A DNA stretch of 63,340 nucleotides, the filler included, from Octopus bimaculoides (lineage: Eukaryota), in the NCBI RefSeq assembly GCF_001194135.2. It is 10 parts of 9 records of this genome, joined end to end, with 100 filler letters (N's around TTAATTAATTAA, not from the genome) between each part and the next. Parts side by side here need not be neighbours in the genome. Positions count along the whole stretch, not along the records: positions 46,988 to 52,491 come from NC_069000.1; positions 52,592 to 56,880 come from NC_068991.1; positions 56,981 to 58,642 come from NW_026295389.1; positions 58,743 to 60,864 come from NW_026314211.1; positions 60,965 to 63,340 come from NC_068982.1; 5 more parts are not named here. One strand, given 5' to 3'. A model generated the notes under the pieces. That model saw nothing but the letters and a program-made list of their open reading frames with translations, made no database searches and had not been told where the DNA came from. This document shows positions 50,610-63,340 of this stretch, piece after piece. How positions within the stretch are numbered: the stretch's first letter is position 1; every line of letters starts with the position of its first letter. The position numbers and the translations under genes are program-made.

Positions 50610-51160
50610 TGGCTTTGTTCTGAGAAGTTTGCTTCCCAACCACATGGCTCCGGGTTCAGTCCCACTATGTGGCACCTTGGGCAAAATGTCTTCTGTTGCG
50701 TATCAAAAATTTGTGAGTGGATTTGTTAGACGGAAACTAAAAGAACTCCGTCGTATATATATATATATTAATGTTTGTTTTTATGTTCAGTTGTAATAAA
50801 AACAATTTTACATTAATCTGCTGGGTTATTCCATACTTTCGCAGAGTACAAATTTATTATTCTTAAACGAATATGTAATGCTTTTGACAGAGATTACGCA
50901 CCCCATACATACATACATACATGCATACATACATTCTTACATACATGTGTGTGTATACGTATATCAATGTGCCATTGTGTCTGTGTATTCCCCCCGCCAC
51001 TACTTGACAACCGATGCTGGTTTGTTTATGTCCCCGTAATTTAGCAGTTCGGCAAAAAGAATAAAAACCAGGCTTAAAAAAACGAAAAAAAATCAAATAA
51101 GTATTGGGGTCGATTCGTTCGACTAGAATTCTTCAAGGCGGTGCCCCAGTATGATGGAAA
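50610..51160 (+). mobile_element. SINE family C with internal microsatellite
   Basis: Head AGAAGTTTGCTTCCCAACCACATGG..GGTTCAGTCCC (also at ~10064-10128), body, and a tail shared with 48630-48800. Confidence 0.7.
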
Positions 51161-51333
51161 GAAATAAAAGATAAAAGAAAAGAAAAAGCAAAAACAAAAC
51201 AAGTCGCTCTCGAGGTCGGAATTTCAATTCTGGGAGAGAAGGATCGAGTGAACTGGGAGGAGATAAGTCTGGTAGGTGAGGTGATAATAAGTAGGCGTGG
51301 TTGATGATAGGCAGCTTAGTGAGTCATAGAGAA

Positions 51334-51381
<48 letters not shown>

Positions 51382-52260
51382 GAGGGTCTGCTGTGTAGGG
51401 GTGAGGTGAAATTATTTGGGTCAGTTGAATGAACGAATGAAACGGAGAAAGGGGGAAGGGAGGGGAGGATAGAAGAAATCAGTTTCAGTGTTTGATTGGT
51501 ACCTTATTTATCGACCCCGACTTGGGATGAAAGGTAAATATCTTCCTTGACAGGATTTGAACTCAGAATACAGAGGGTCGTAACAAATGCCACTCATTAA
51601 CGACTGCTAATTCGCTGCCTTATTTTCTTGTTGTTAATTACAGAGTTGTTTAATTAGGTGAAAGGCCCTAATGATCGAAATCGTTCCAGCCGTGACGATT
51701 CCGTTTTTCTGTATATCTAACGCTAGATTATCTAATGTGTTTATCCCTTTCAAAGACGGTAGGATGTGATTAGCGGGTATTAAGCTGTTATATCTAGCAG
51801 GTCGTTAGACATCGATGGTTAGGGATATGGGCGGGGCAATGCTAACACAATAGCATGTCAATTACGGATGGTACTCGCCGTTCGTTTGACGATATAGGCG
51901 TGGTTATATAAGGAAGGGGAGGAATATGTAGTGTGGGTGTCACGCATAATTATAATATGCTGATTAAATAAGCTACATTGGTTATTATTGTCTAGCTGCA
52001 GATCAGCTTTGATTGAGCCGAGACATGATGAAAAGTGTCCCAGTCGCGACCATCCCGACTTTTGCTGTATTTAGGACTACATTATTAAATCTCCCTCATC
52101 CCTTATTACTCATATGTATTACTCTCTTAACCCCCATTTCCCTATTTTTCTACTTAGCTTTCTCTTTCTCTCACTCATTCAGTCCCCTCTCTTCTCTCTT
52201 TCTCGCTCATTCAAATTCTCTCTCAGCTGTTTAGCTTTCAGTCCGTATTTTTCTCCCCCC

Positions 52261-52339
<79 letters not shown>

Positions 52340-52457
52340 CATACATATATATGTATGGTTGTATGTATATATATGTGTCCGTGTATGCACGCATATATGT
52401 GTGTGTATGTATGTATGTATGTATGTATGTATGTATATATGTATGTATGTATGTATG

Positions 52458-52491
<34 letters not shown>

Positions 52492-53600
52492 NNNNNNNNN
52501 NNNNNNNNNNNNNNNNNNNNNNNNNNNNNNNNNNNTTAATTAATTAANNNNNNNNNNNNNNNNNNNNNNNNNNNNNNNNNNNNNNNNNNNNTATATATAT
52601 ATATATATATATATATGCTCATATACACGTAAACCTACTAAGGAATCGCAAAAGAACAATATAAATTAGTATGTCCATATATGCGCGTGCCCATAGGCAC
52701 AAACAGAACGAGTGTCCACGTGCACGCACGAATACAGTGTCATATGGGGAATGTAGACCTGAAAGATGAGGTCATACACTGTCTTATCCTCACCTTGCGT
52801 CATAAGTTCAAGTAGGTCATAAACAGCACCTAATGCCGTAAATTATAGCCAATATAAGATTGTTAACATAGAATCTAAGAAGTAGGGTTGCAGGTTTATA
52901 ACACTGCTTTAGTTAGCTAAATGGTGGTTAAACTAGGGCTTGTAGAATTACTGGCTTAAAGTATGCAAATACTCATCGAATCTAGTGCAAGCAAAAAAGA
53001 TTAGCCTTAGTTCCGATTTCCAATTTAATAGGCGGCTCTGGTGCTTTGATATCTCACATATACTTTAACATCTCATAGAGTTCAGTCATAACACTCATTA
53101 GAATATTGTGAAGCCCTTCTAATAATGATCCACATAATCTCAAATTGAATATTATCGTCTGTTAATTGCCATATTTTAGAAGCTATGTGGTTTTAGCAAC
53201 CTTATGTCGTTGTTTAAATGAGATGTGATAACGTAATTTCACTTTGAAGTCACGTGCTGAGCTGTCTATGTAAGTGAAGGTGCTAGTACTGTTTTTAATG
53301 ATACGTTTCTAAACAATTTTATTTGTGAAACAAGCACTTTTCAGCAGGCAATTAGCTCTGTCTCGACAGTTGCATTTTTTAGGAGCAATAGCATTATTAT
53401 TTATGTCATGTCTGTTATTATTATTACCACTAATGTTAATGATTCCGTAAATGTTGATGTGATCGTTGCTGCTGCTGTTTTTCCTCCCTCTCTCTCTCCC
53501 NNNNNNNNNNNNNNNNNNNNNNNNNNNNNNNNNNNNNNNNNNNNNNNNNNNNNNNNNNNNNNNNNNNNNNNNNNNNNNNNNNNNNNNNNNNNNNNNNNNN

Positions 53601-54926
53601 AGTTAAAGAGGAAAAGTCACAGACAAAATATAATGATTCACAATCAAGCGGACAAGGTACTGGGACTGGGTCCCGGCTGCACACGCGTCGGAGGAGGAGG
53701 AACTGGAAATAGGGGATGGCTCGTTTGGTGTGGGAGAGATGGGAGAAGGAAAAGTTGAGGTAGAGGTGGGAATCCATGGGTTTGAAGAAGGCGGAGAAGG
53801 TGAGAGAGTGGGAAGGGATGTCAGTGGTGAGAGAAATCTAGGAAGTTTACAGAGATGTTAGAGATAGTAGAGGTAAATAGGAGAGCAGGGTGAAAGTTAG
53901 AGAGGAAAGAGATGAAGTGGCAGAGTTGTTCGCGGGAGAGAGAGGTGGCACCTATACAGTTGTCTATGGAGCAGTCGTATAGCTCTGGGGTCGGTCCGGA
54001 AAACTGGGAGAATACTTGGGCCTCAATTTCACCAACAAATAGGTTGGCGAAAATGGGGCTCATTCTCGTTCCCATAGCGACCCTAGACAACTATTGGTAG
54101 ATCTGCTCGGCAAACGTAAAGGAGTTGAGGGTGAGAGCGAGCTCTACCAGACGGAGAAGGGTGGAGGTGCTGTGTGAATTCGGGGAGACGGTCGAGGAAG
54201 TATTGGAGAGTTAAGAGACCCTCGTTGTGGGGAATCACCGTGTATAGGGAGTTGATGTCCAAGGTGAAGAGGAAATGTGAGGGAAGAGGAGGAGAGAAGG
54301 AACTGAAAGGGAGGGTGTCACGGATGTGGGAGGAGAGGGGTGGGTGAAGGGTTGAGGAGGCGGTGGAGTTTTCAATTTGTTGTGTGCGTGATGAAATTGT
54401 AGAGTTGGTGGTTGAGATCAAGAAGGAAGCAGAGAATAGGTTGGGTGAAGGGTGGAAAGCAGGGGGAGGAAAGGAGAAGGTAAGCTTGCCGGAGCTGGTG
54501 GTCGATGGAGTGAAGAGAGATTGGGTGGAACGGATGAGGAGGCGGGAAGTTCGGGCGAGAGTGGGCTCGATGCGGAAGCCACGGGGTGTAATGTGATGAC
54601 GGAGGCAACGGCTGAGGAAAGAGAGATGGCTAGAGCGGTGAGTTATTTTAAAAAGCAAATGGGAGAGTTTTTTTAGCGGGTTGCAGGCATTGAGGAGGAA
54701 AGTCGGAAAGAAAACGGAATAGAAGAGAGTGGAGCTACTGGAGGAAAGAATGGATGTCAGGCATGGTGAGAGGGTGTGAATGTCGGTGTAGGTGTGGCTA
54801 GTGGCGAGAAAAAGGAAAAGAGAAAGGGGGAAAGGAAGGCGAGTGGAAGTAGAACTGGTGATAGGTCGAGAGAAGACGAGTTAAAGAGGAAAAGTCACTG
54901 ACAAAATATAATGATTCACAATCAAG
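53601..54926 (-). mobile_element. Penelope-like element RT relic bounded by a 48-bp direct repeat
   Basis: LFTLDINSLYTVIPHNEGL (ORF 54083-54658) and GVAMG-like RVAMGTRMSPIFANLFVG...YDCSIDNCIG...VNFLD (ORF 53821-54090). The direct repeat is at 53601-53648 / 54879-54926 (1 mismatch). Confidence 0.88.
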
Positions 54927-55702
54927 GTGCAGAAATGGCTTATTCCGAATTGACAAGGTTATGTAATCCGATGGTAGAAAGAATTCCGCGAATTAGGTAT
55001 CCAAGACCGAAGATACCTTAGTTAAATGAAAGTTACGTAGTTGTTAAGGAATCTCAAGTTAACTCGTTGGAGATATAATTTTAAATGAATGGTGAAGCCG
55101 GAAGAACGTGGTGAAAAACAAAATAGAAAAACATATGTATGAAGAAATAAAATGGTCGGTGATAAAAGTGAAAGGTTAAAAATATGGGCGTGGGCAATTA
55201 TTGATAAGAATAAAGAAAAGGACAGGGGAAAAGGGGGAATTTAGGTTAGATTGGTGTCGACTGAGGGAAAATCGTTGTGAATATTAAGCTGGGGTCATTT
55301 TACAATGTCAACGGTAAATAAATATATTGTCGCACCCATACAGAATCAAAAGAAAAGAAAAGAATTTTTGGAAGTGAAATGGTCAAGAATGAGAAGGCGT
55401 CATTTTCCTTTATTTTCTAGAACGTAACTTTTATGTGATCCACAAGCAGTATATTGATACATTCAAGAAGTTTAGAGAGGCCGTTAGGAGGAAGAGGCAA
55501 AAATAAGAATCTGAAAACGATCCACATTCGCCATAACAATGTGCGACTGCACATACATTTGGCAACAAATCAAGCAATCGGTAAACTGAGTTGGTCAGTG
55601 GTCTGTCAACCACTGTACATCTTGGATCTTATGCGCCCCATCTCACCGAATTCCAACAGTTCAGTTCAGTGAGGGACAATGATCGGAAACGATCTGATGA
55701 CA

Positions 55703-56880
55703 CAGGCGTCACCAAACTATGGTATGCGTGCTGGATCCGGCTCGCGCGGTAAGTTCATCCAGTCCGTCGCCGCACTGTACCTTTTGTGTAAGTACCTGCA
55801 TTGAGAGTTCATTCCTGCAACGATCGTGTTTTAATTTGCATTGCTGTGTTTAAACATTCTCTTCGTGAGAATTCATGAGAATGTTTGCTGAAAATGATTC
55901 TGCCACTCGTACAAGTTACAAAATAGTGCATAAGATAGCAGAGCGTAGAATACCGTTTACTGACGGTGACTTCATCAAAGAGTGTATGATGGAGGCAGCA
56001 AATGACTTTTGTCCAGAGAAAGCCGATTTGTTTGAAAGTATCAGCCTTTCAGCAAGTTCAGTTGAGCAGAGAACAAAAGAACTTGGAGAGAACATAGTGC
56101 TGCAGATACGAAAAAAGCTTGGAACTTCTTGTGGTATTATCTGGTGCTGGATGAGTCTATTGATCTCTCTTGTACATCACATCTCGTCTTCTTTCGTGGT
56201 GTTAATTCGGACTTTCAGATAACAGAAGATTTTTGCATCCTTTGCAGTATGCACAGAACAACAACTGGAGAAGACATTTTCATGGTAGTTCAGAAACCTT
56301 TGCAAGAATATAACCTTCAGTGGAATCAGCTTCGATGTGTAACGGTTGATGGAGGAAAAGACATGGCTGAAATGAGGAAGGGTCTGGTGGAGCAGATCAG
56401 GACTAAGTTGGAAGATCTTCAATTCCCGGGCGCTCTGTTTATACACCGCATTACATATCAGCAAGTACTCTGGGGGCAAGACTTAGACATTTCTTGCGTT
56501 AACTTCATTCGGAGTCATGCCCTTAATCACCGCCGGTTCGAGGCTTTTCTTGAAGAAATTGATTCTGAATTCTGTGACTTGCCTTATCACACACCAGTGA
56601 GGTGGCTCAGCTGCGGTAAAGTCCTGTTTCGTTTTTATAAGTTCCAAAGAGAAAAATATCTATTTCTAAACCGAAAAGGATAAAGCTGATCCACTTCTGT
56701 CTGATTCTACTTGGCTGTCAAAGTTGTCGTTTTTGGTTGACATCACATCCACCATGAATGAATTGAACTTGAAAATTCAGGGAAAGGATAACCTTATTTG
56801 TGATCTCTACAGAATTATCAAAGGATTACGGAGAAAGCTATCATTGTTTGAAGCACAACTGGAAGGAGGAAACTTCTCTC
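55703..56880 (+). mobile_element. hAT DNA transposon (GTF2IRD2/SPIN/Charlie-like transposase), frameshifted, running into a gap
   Basis: TIR-like CAGGCGTCACCAAACT. Protein motifs: PFTDGDFIKECM, LVLDESID, TTGEDIF, LRCVTVDGG, VNFIRSHALNHRRFEAFLEE, VRWLSCGKVLFRF and MNELNLKIQGKD. Confidence 0.92.
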
Positions 56881-58742
56881 NNNNNNNNNNNNNNNNNNNN
56901 NNNNNNNNNNNNNNNNNNNNNNNNTTAATTAATTAANNNNNNNNNNNNNNNNNNNNNNNNNNNNNNNNNNNNNNNNNNNNAGGGTTAGGGTTAGGGTTAG
57001 GGTAAAACAGCAAATTTAAAAAGAAAAAGACAAATAAAACGAAGAGAAAAAAAGAAAATGAAAAAAGCAAATTTAAAATGGAAAAAGCAAATAAAACGAA
57101 GCTATGGCTTAATCAGCCAAAGGAGTAAATATAAACAACTGAATACTTGTCAGTGATTGGTTGAAATTATCGAAATAAGACAATTTTTTACATGAAATAA
57201 ATTCGAATAAAAAAATATTTTTCTGTTCTATAACACAAAATAGATAAGTATACGAAGTTTGAAAGTCTTTCGGTACCAAAAATACTACGTAAAACATTAA
57301 TGAAAAATGTGGCCCCCGTTTTAAAAAAGATCCCACAACTGGTATTTAATTTACCGGTCCCGAAAGGATGAAAGGCAAAGTCGACCTTGGCGGAATTTGA
57401 ACTCAGAACGTAGAGACAAAGATGTACATTATATTAAGTGCTAGATATTACGATGATCAACTCTGATGATGCAAAATGGAAGGTATTCTATCCTTTGTAA
57501 ATGACCAGAAAGATGAAATGCTACTAACAAGTAAATTCAATGCGTGCATCAGACAAGAACTATAAGTGTTCCAGTGTCGTATGACATGAAGAGATGTAGC
57601 AGGGCTTTGGAATTTTTCCATCCATCTATAATTCAAGGAGAAACTTGATATTAAAAACACCATCATGGCTACATTTATGCTGGAAGCACCAGCACCTCGC
57701 AGATTACATTATACCAATGCAAAAAAGTAGAGTGGATGCATATTATACATGGGTAATGGGAAGCGGTAAACCTTAGCACACAACAACAGATGACCAGAGG
57801 GAAGCCATTCTGTGCAGTAGACATCCCAACTGCATTTGACTGTCAACAAGAACGCTGGCAGACTGAGGAAAATGACATGTGTAAGGTTCTGGAACCGTAG
57901 TAAATATATATATAAACTTGATAGCAAATGGTATTCTCGTCACAAGCAGAATATAATACCGGTAAACACTAATTACTACACAAAAGCCTGATTGCGAACA
58001 TACTACACTAGATTCAATTTAGGAGCAACGCAGCAAAAGGAGTCAGAGTTATCTGTTGCCGCCTGGTACACAATAATGCTTCCTAAATTCAGAGAAACGA
58101 ATATATTATAATAGTTTATTCGTACGTTGAAGTTGGAGGGGTAGAGCTGCACTCCACAGATAATTTTGATATGAGGAGCTTCTAAGTTTCACCAAAGTAA
58201 CTACGCAAATCTCGGAATATTGTCAACTGATGGATCGGCAATATTTTATGTGAAGAAAAGCCGTAGTTGGAAGAGTCATTGCTCTGATGTGTGAGGGTGG
58301 AAGGATGCGGGGAGAGGGAGAGGAAGGGAGAAAGGAAAAGATAGAGGAAGTTGACATGCACAGACTGGTGACATAGCAACCTGTTTGCTTAGTGTTAGAA
58401 TTTAATTCGAAACATTATCTTAATCAAAAAAGCATTTTCTGTTTGACAATTATACTATAATTTGTTTCTTATTATCTTAATTATAAACTACAAAACCCCC
58501 AATTTTTTAAAATTCTAAAATGTAAAATTAAAACATTTTCGCTCCGCAAACTGGCCAGGTTGAGGGCCGTATAAGAGTTGCAGTAGGGTTCATGGTCGTT
58601 ACGTTACCCGTTTAGCATAGAAAGATCGTTGTTGAATGCTTGNNNNNNNNNNNNNNNNNNNNNNNNNNNNNNNNNNNNNNNNNNNNTTAATTAATTAANN
58701 NNNNNNNNNNNNNNNNNNNNNNNNNNNNNNNNNNNNNNNNNN

Positions 58743-58779
<37 letters not shown>

Positions 58780-59245
58780 CACACGCATATATGATTGTGT
58801 GTTTGTATAAAAAGATAAAAGCAACATACACCTACGCGCGAGCGCGTATCATAATAAAATCCCTTGTATCCGCATTAATTCTGAGAATTCAGAGAATCGT
58901 TGAAACATGAAGCAAAAAATTCCTCTGAGCTATCTGTTGCCATGTTTTATGTGCTGAGTCCAAAATTTAGCGAAGCCGAACTTTCGTTTCATCTTTCCGG
59001 GGATTTATAAAATAAAATAACAATTGAATGTGGTTGGTTGTTTTAGAATTGTTAAAGTGACCGTTTTCGTTCCCGTTCTTTAAACATCGTCTCAAATACA
59101 CGGATGGTAAGTTATTGTTTAAAAGTAATACATTTGAACTCTACAAAAGTATATAATAACCAATCAAATTAATGTAAAATTGTTTTTATCATAACTGAAC
59201 ATAAAACAACAAATACTAACATCTGTGTTATTGTTTATTCTTCAC

Positions 59246-59447
59246 AAAGCGGCGAGCTGGCAGAATCGTTAGCACGTCGTGCGAAATGCTTAGCGGTTCT
59301 GAGTTCAAATTCCGCCGAGGTCGACTTTGCCTTTCAACCTTTCGGGGTCGATAAATTAAGTACCAGTTGCATACTGGAGTCAATCTAATCGACTGGCTCC
59401 CTTCCCCCAAAATTTCGGGCTTTGTGCTTGGAGTAGAAAAGATTATC
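59246..59447 (+). mobile_element. SINE family B
   Basis: GCGGCGAGCTGGCAGAATCGTTAGCACG head, B box and GTAGAAAAGATTAT tail. Confidence 0.88.
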
Positions 59448-60191
59448 TATTTTTCACCTCACTCGGAAACCTGTTTACTTTTGGCTCTGGGGACTATAGT
59501 CGACTGCGAAGTGCGTGCACTGAATCTAAGCNNNNNNNNNNNNNNNNNNNNNNNNNNNNNNNNNNNNNNNNNNNNNNNNNNNNNNNNNNNNNNNNNNNNN
59601 NNNNNNNNNNNNNNNNNNNNNNNNNNNNNNNNNNNNNNNNNNNNNNNNNNNNNNNNNNNNNNNNNNNNNNNNNNNNNNNNNNNNNNNNNNNNNNNNNNNN
59701 NNNNNNNNNNNNNNNNNNNNNNNNNNNNNNNNNNNNNNNNNNNNNNNNNNNNNNNNNNNNNNNNNNNNNNNNNNNNNNNNNNNNNNNNNNNNNNNNNNNN
59801 NNNNNNNNNNNNNNNNNNNNNNNNNNNNNNNNNNNNNNNNNNNNNNNNNNNNNNNNNNNNNNNNNNNNNNNNNNNNNNNNNNNNNNNNNNNNNNNNNNNN
59901 NNNNNNNNNNNNNNNNNNNNNNNNNNNNNNNNNNNNNNNNNNNNNNNNNNNNNNNNNNNNNNNNNNNNNNNNNNNNNNNNNNNNNNNNNNNNNNNNNNNN
60001 NNNNNNNNNNNNNNNNNNNNNNNNNNNNNNNNNNNNNNNNNNNNNNNNNNNNNNNNNNNNNNNNNNNNNNNNNNNNNNNNNNNNNNNNNNNNNNNNNNNN
60101 NNNNNNNNNNNNNNNNNNNNNNNNNNNNNNNNNNNNNNNNNNNNNNNNNNNNNNNNNNNNNNNNNNNNNNNNNNNNNNNNGTATAGATAAA

Positions 60192-60233
<42 letters not shown>

Positions 60234-61975
60234 CACACACACACATGTATATATATATAGGTATTTTAAAATATTTATGAATGAGAAAAAGAAAAAAATG
60301 GAGAAATTGACAGACAGACATCAATTTATTTAAATATATTCAAATCCATATAATGATAAAACGATATAACTTCATCTGTCATAGGTCAACCAACGCGCTG
60401 AAATTAATTTTCTGCCACTTTATTAGGGTAAAAATGATTAATTAGTACTATAGACATAATTATTAAGAGCTATTATGATAACCTCAAAACGTTAATGGCA
60501 CCCTCACTCCTTCCATGACTAAACGTATTGGCGTTATTGTAATTTTTAAAAAATATTTTACTTCTTTTATTACTTATCCATCCTATTACCTACTTAGAAA
60601 AATTAACCCACCAATTACTATTTTAAGTTTAGTCATTTACTCAACGTCCCAAAACGACACATAAGCAAAATGGTATGATTCAAAAATATAAAGTCTCTCC
60701 TTTTCTCCTCGAGGGTCTTCTTCTCTTCTTTACTTTTCTTCTATGCATGTATTTTTCTTCACTCATAACGGATTTCTTACCAAATATGATGAATATTATT
60801 TTTAGAATATCAATGTTGACACCATATAACATTGGAAGCAGAAACAGCTGTTAGATGGGATACANNNNNNNNNNNNNNNNNNNNNNNNNNNNNNNNNNNN
60901 NNNNNNNNTTAATTAATTAANNNNNNNNNNNNNNNNNNNNNNNNNNNNNNNNNNNNNNNNNNNNTATATATATATATATATATATATATCGTACCAACTT
61001 TGTTTCTTTCCTGACCTTCCAAAGGCAAGATTAACCTGTAACTGATTCCACGTAAACAGAGACCTCAAAAAACACTTATAAGGCTCGTATATATAGGAGT
61101 GAACCTCGCCGGAGCTGACAGCAGGTTAGTTGATGGTCAAAAGAAACCAAAAGAGTGAGGGATAAGACCGAACTCTGGGGCACACCAAACATCATGAAGT
61201 CGTTTGTTTTAATGCAGCTGCAATTTTTATTCTTTTCTTTCTAGTTAGTGTTTGTTGTGGCATTTGTACGGAATTTAGTTTTGTTGTTGTTGTTGCTGCC
61301 GTTGTTATTGTTTTGGCTGTTGGTATTGTTCTTGTCGTCGTCACCGTCGTTGTTGTTAATACCGCTGATTACATTATTATTGTGGTGCGCAATATTCTCT
61401 ATAATATACAATTTGTTTGTAATTGACGTCAATATAATTATTGTAAATGTTATTTCTGCAACGACTATCCTAATTGATGACCTTGAATTGCCTTAACAGT
61501 CCTCACTGATAATGGCATGTTGCTTGTTTTTTCTGGTTACCAAAGGTGAGTGGCAGTGGAATGGGACATCACAGTGGTACGTCGATCTAAGTATCTGACA
61601 GACTTTAGTTTCGTCTCTCTCTATATTCTGTGTTCAGATCCCATAGTGTATCTTTCATTAGCTGATTACAGAATCATGGACGTCACACCTATGGATGCGC
61701 TGCAATTACTCTCTTATTAGAGCTTGGTGTTTCTGACCTTTGATCTTCTAGGATTTCTCCGCTCAGCATCAATGTAAGAAGCATCGTTGGTTCAGTTGAA
61801 TTATTCCGCTACCTCTTCACGATTCACAATCCTGAAGTCCCATGAGTTCGCCATATCCCTGAGAGGGTGGCTGAACGGGTGCTATGCATTGCCAAAGGGT
61901 AGCCTGTAACGATGCAAGTCATGGTCGTCACTCTGTGAAGTATTTTAAAATACCCGCATACTCTCGCTCTCTCTG

Positions 61976-62022
<47 letters not shown>

Positions 62023-62907
62023 NNNNNNNNNNNNNNNNNNNNNNNNNNNNNNNNNNNNNNNNNNNNNNNNNNNNNNNNNNNNNNNNNNNNNNNNNNNNNN
62101 NNNNNNNNNNNNNNNNNNNNNNNNNNNNNNNNNNNNNNNNNNNNNNNNNNNNNNNNNNNNNNNNNNNNNNNNNNNNNNNNNNNNNNNNNNNNNNNNNNNN
62201 NNNNNNNNNNNNNNNNNNNNNNNNNNNNNNNNNNNNNNNNNNNNNNNNNNNNNNNNNNNNNNNNNNNNNNNNNNNNNNNNNNNNNNNNNNNNNNNNNNNN
62301 NNNNNNNNNNNNNNNNNNNNNNNNNNNNNNNNNNNNNNNNNNNNNNNNNNNNNNNNNNNNNNNNNNNNNNNNNNNNNNNNNNNNNNNNNNNNNNNNNNNN
62401 NNNNNNNNNNNNNNNNNNNNNNNNNNNNNNNNNNNNNNNNNNNNNNNNNNNNNNNNNNNNNNNNNNNNNNNNNNNNNNNNNNNNNNNNNNNNNNNNNNNN
62501 NNNNNNNNNNNNNNNNNNNNNNNNNNNNNNNNNNNNNNNNNNNNNNNNNNNNNNNNNNNNNNNNNNNNNNNNNNNNNNNNNNNNNNNNNNNNNNNNNNNN
62601 NNNNNNNNNGAATTAAACATGAAATGTTTGGCATTTTTCTTCCATTTGTCATATTTTCGATGTTCCACTTGGTAAAGGCTAGAAAGGTTGGAAAGGTGCC
62701 GATGTTTAGTCACAACTACACTGGCGCTTAAAACGTTTCGCAAAAGAATGGTACAAGTCATACTGAGCTGCGAAAGGTGGCTAGCCTTATGAGCAGATTT
62801 TGGCAGACGTAAACTGAAAGAAGATCACCCCCCCACACACACACATGTATATACGTTTATCAATTTGTGTTGCAAGATTTCTGATGTGAAATCGTGTATT
62901 AAAACAG

Positions 62908-63321
62908 ATATTGTTGTATTTCGGGATGGTAATTTTTTTTTTTTTTTTACCAAATAAACACACGCACTTTATATTTGTTCTTCGCTCGTTTATTACTGTT
63001 CATATTTTAAATTATGTTCATTGTCTGGAAATCTTTCGCCTCACATTTGTCACCTCTTCAGCGACGCTTTTCGTTTCCGTGTGTGCTCTTGCTCCACTTA
63101 CTTCAATCTTCTAGAAGAGCAGAATGGAGTAAATGGAGTAAGAGCACACACGAAAACGAAAAGTGTCTGTGAAGAGGTCACAGATGTGTGATGAAAGATT
63201 TCTGGACAATGGACAGGAGTTAAAATAAGAATAGTAATAAACGAGTGAAGAACAAATATTATAGTACGTGTGTTTATTTGGCAAAAGGAAAAATAATGAC
63301 CATCTCGAAATACAACAATAT
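62908..63321. repeat. ~205-bp-arm near-palindrome with no spacer (centre TCTTCTAGAAGA)
   Basis: 62908-63112 aligns with the reverse complement of 63113-63321 along its length, with many substitutions. Confidence 0.9.
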
Positions 63322-63340
63322 ATATATATATATATATATA

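Noticed and set aside
55694-55720. CTGATGA near GAAAC (also 13256 and 57464)
   Set aside because: No stem II followed by GAAA in the required order, so these are not hammerheads.
56981-57003. (TTAGGG)n-like tract
   Set aside because: Fewer than four units beside a gap with ordinary sequence beyond it. Not evidence of a telomere or fusion.

Overview
AT-rich, repeat-dominated animal genomic DNA with many N gaps. The SINE/LINE content and microsatellite load look like a cephalopod (octopus) draft assembly; this is an inference, not proven. Only two host coding segments are supportable. The first is a large minus-strand exon encoding most of an SLC46-family (PCFT/SLC46A3-like) MFS transporter (21281->20153). 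The second is one 72-nt phase-2/2 leucine-rich-repeat exon on the plus strand (13282-13353). Almost everything else is decayed mobile DNA: R4/Dong-type RLE non-LTR retrotransposons, Tx1/L1-, RTE- and CR1/L2-like LINE fragments, Penelope-like elements, Tc1/mariner and hAT transposase relics, a Helentron-type non-autonomous element, LTRs with tRNA-Trp primer-binding sites, three tRNA-SINE families and microsatellites. The most notable observations are minimal hammerhead-ribozyme-like motifs, a consistent (TAA)n context for R4/Dong inserts, a tail-to-tail LTR foldback centred on a tRNA-Trp PBS, a clean template-switch inversion-duplication, several long hairpins, and an antisense arrangement of the two host genes. 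Most ORFs in the supplied track are microsatellite or N-run artefacts. All alignments were done by eye, and element boundaries are approximate unless stated otherwise.
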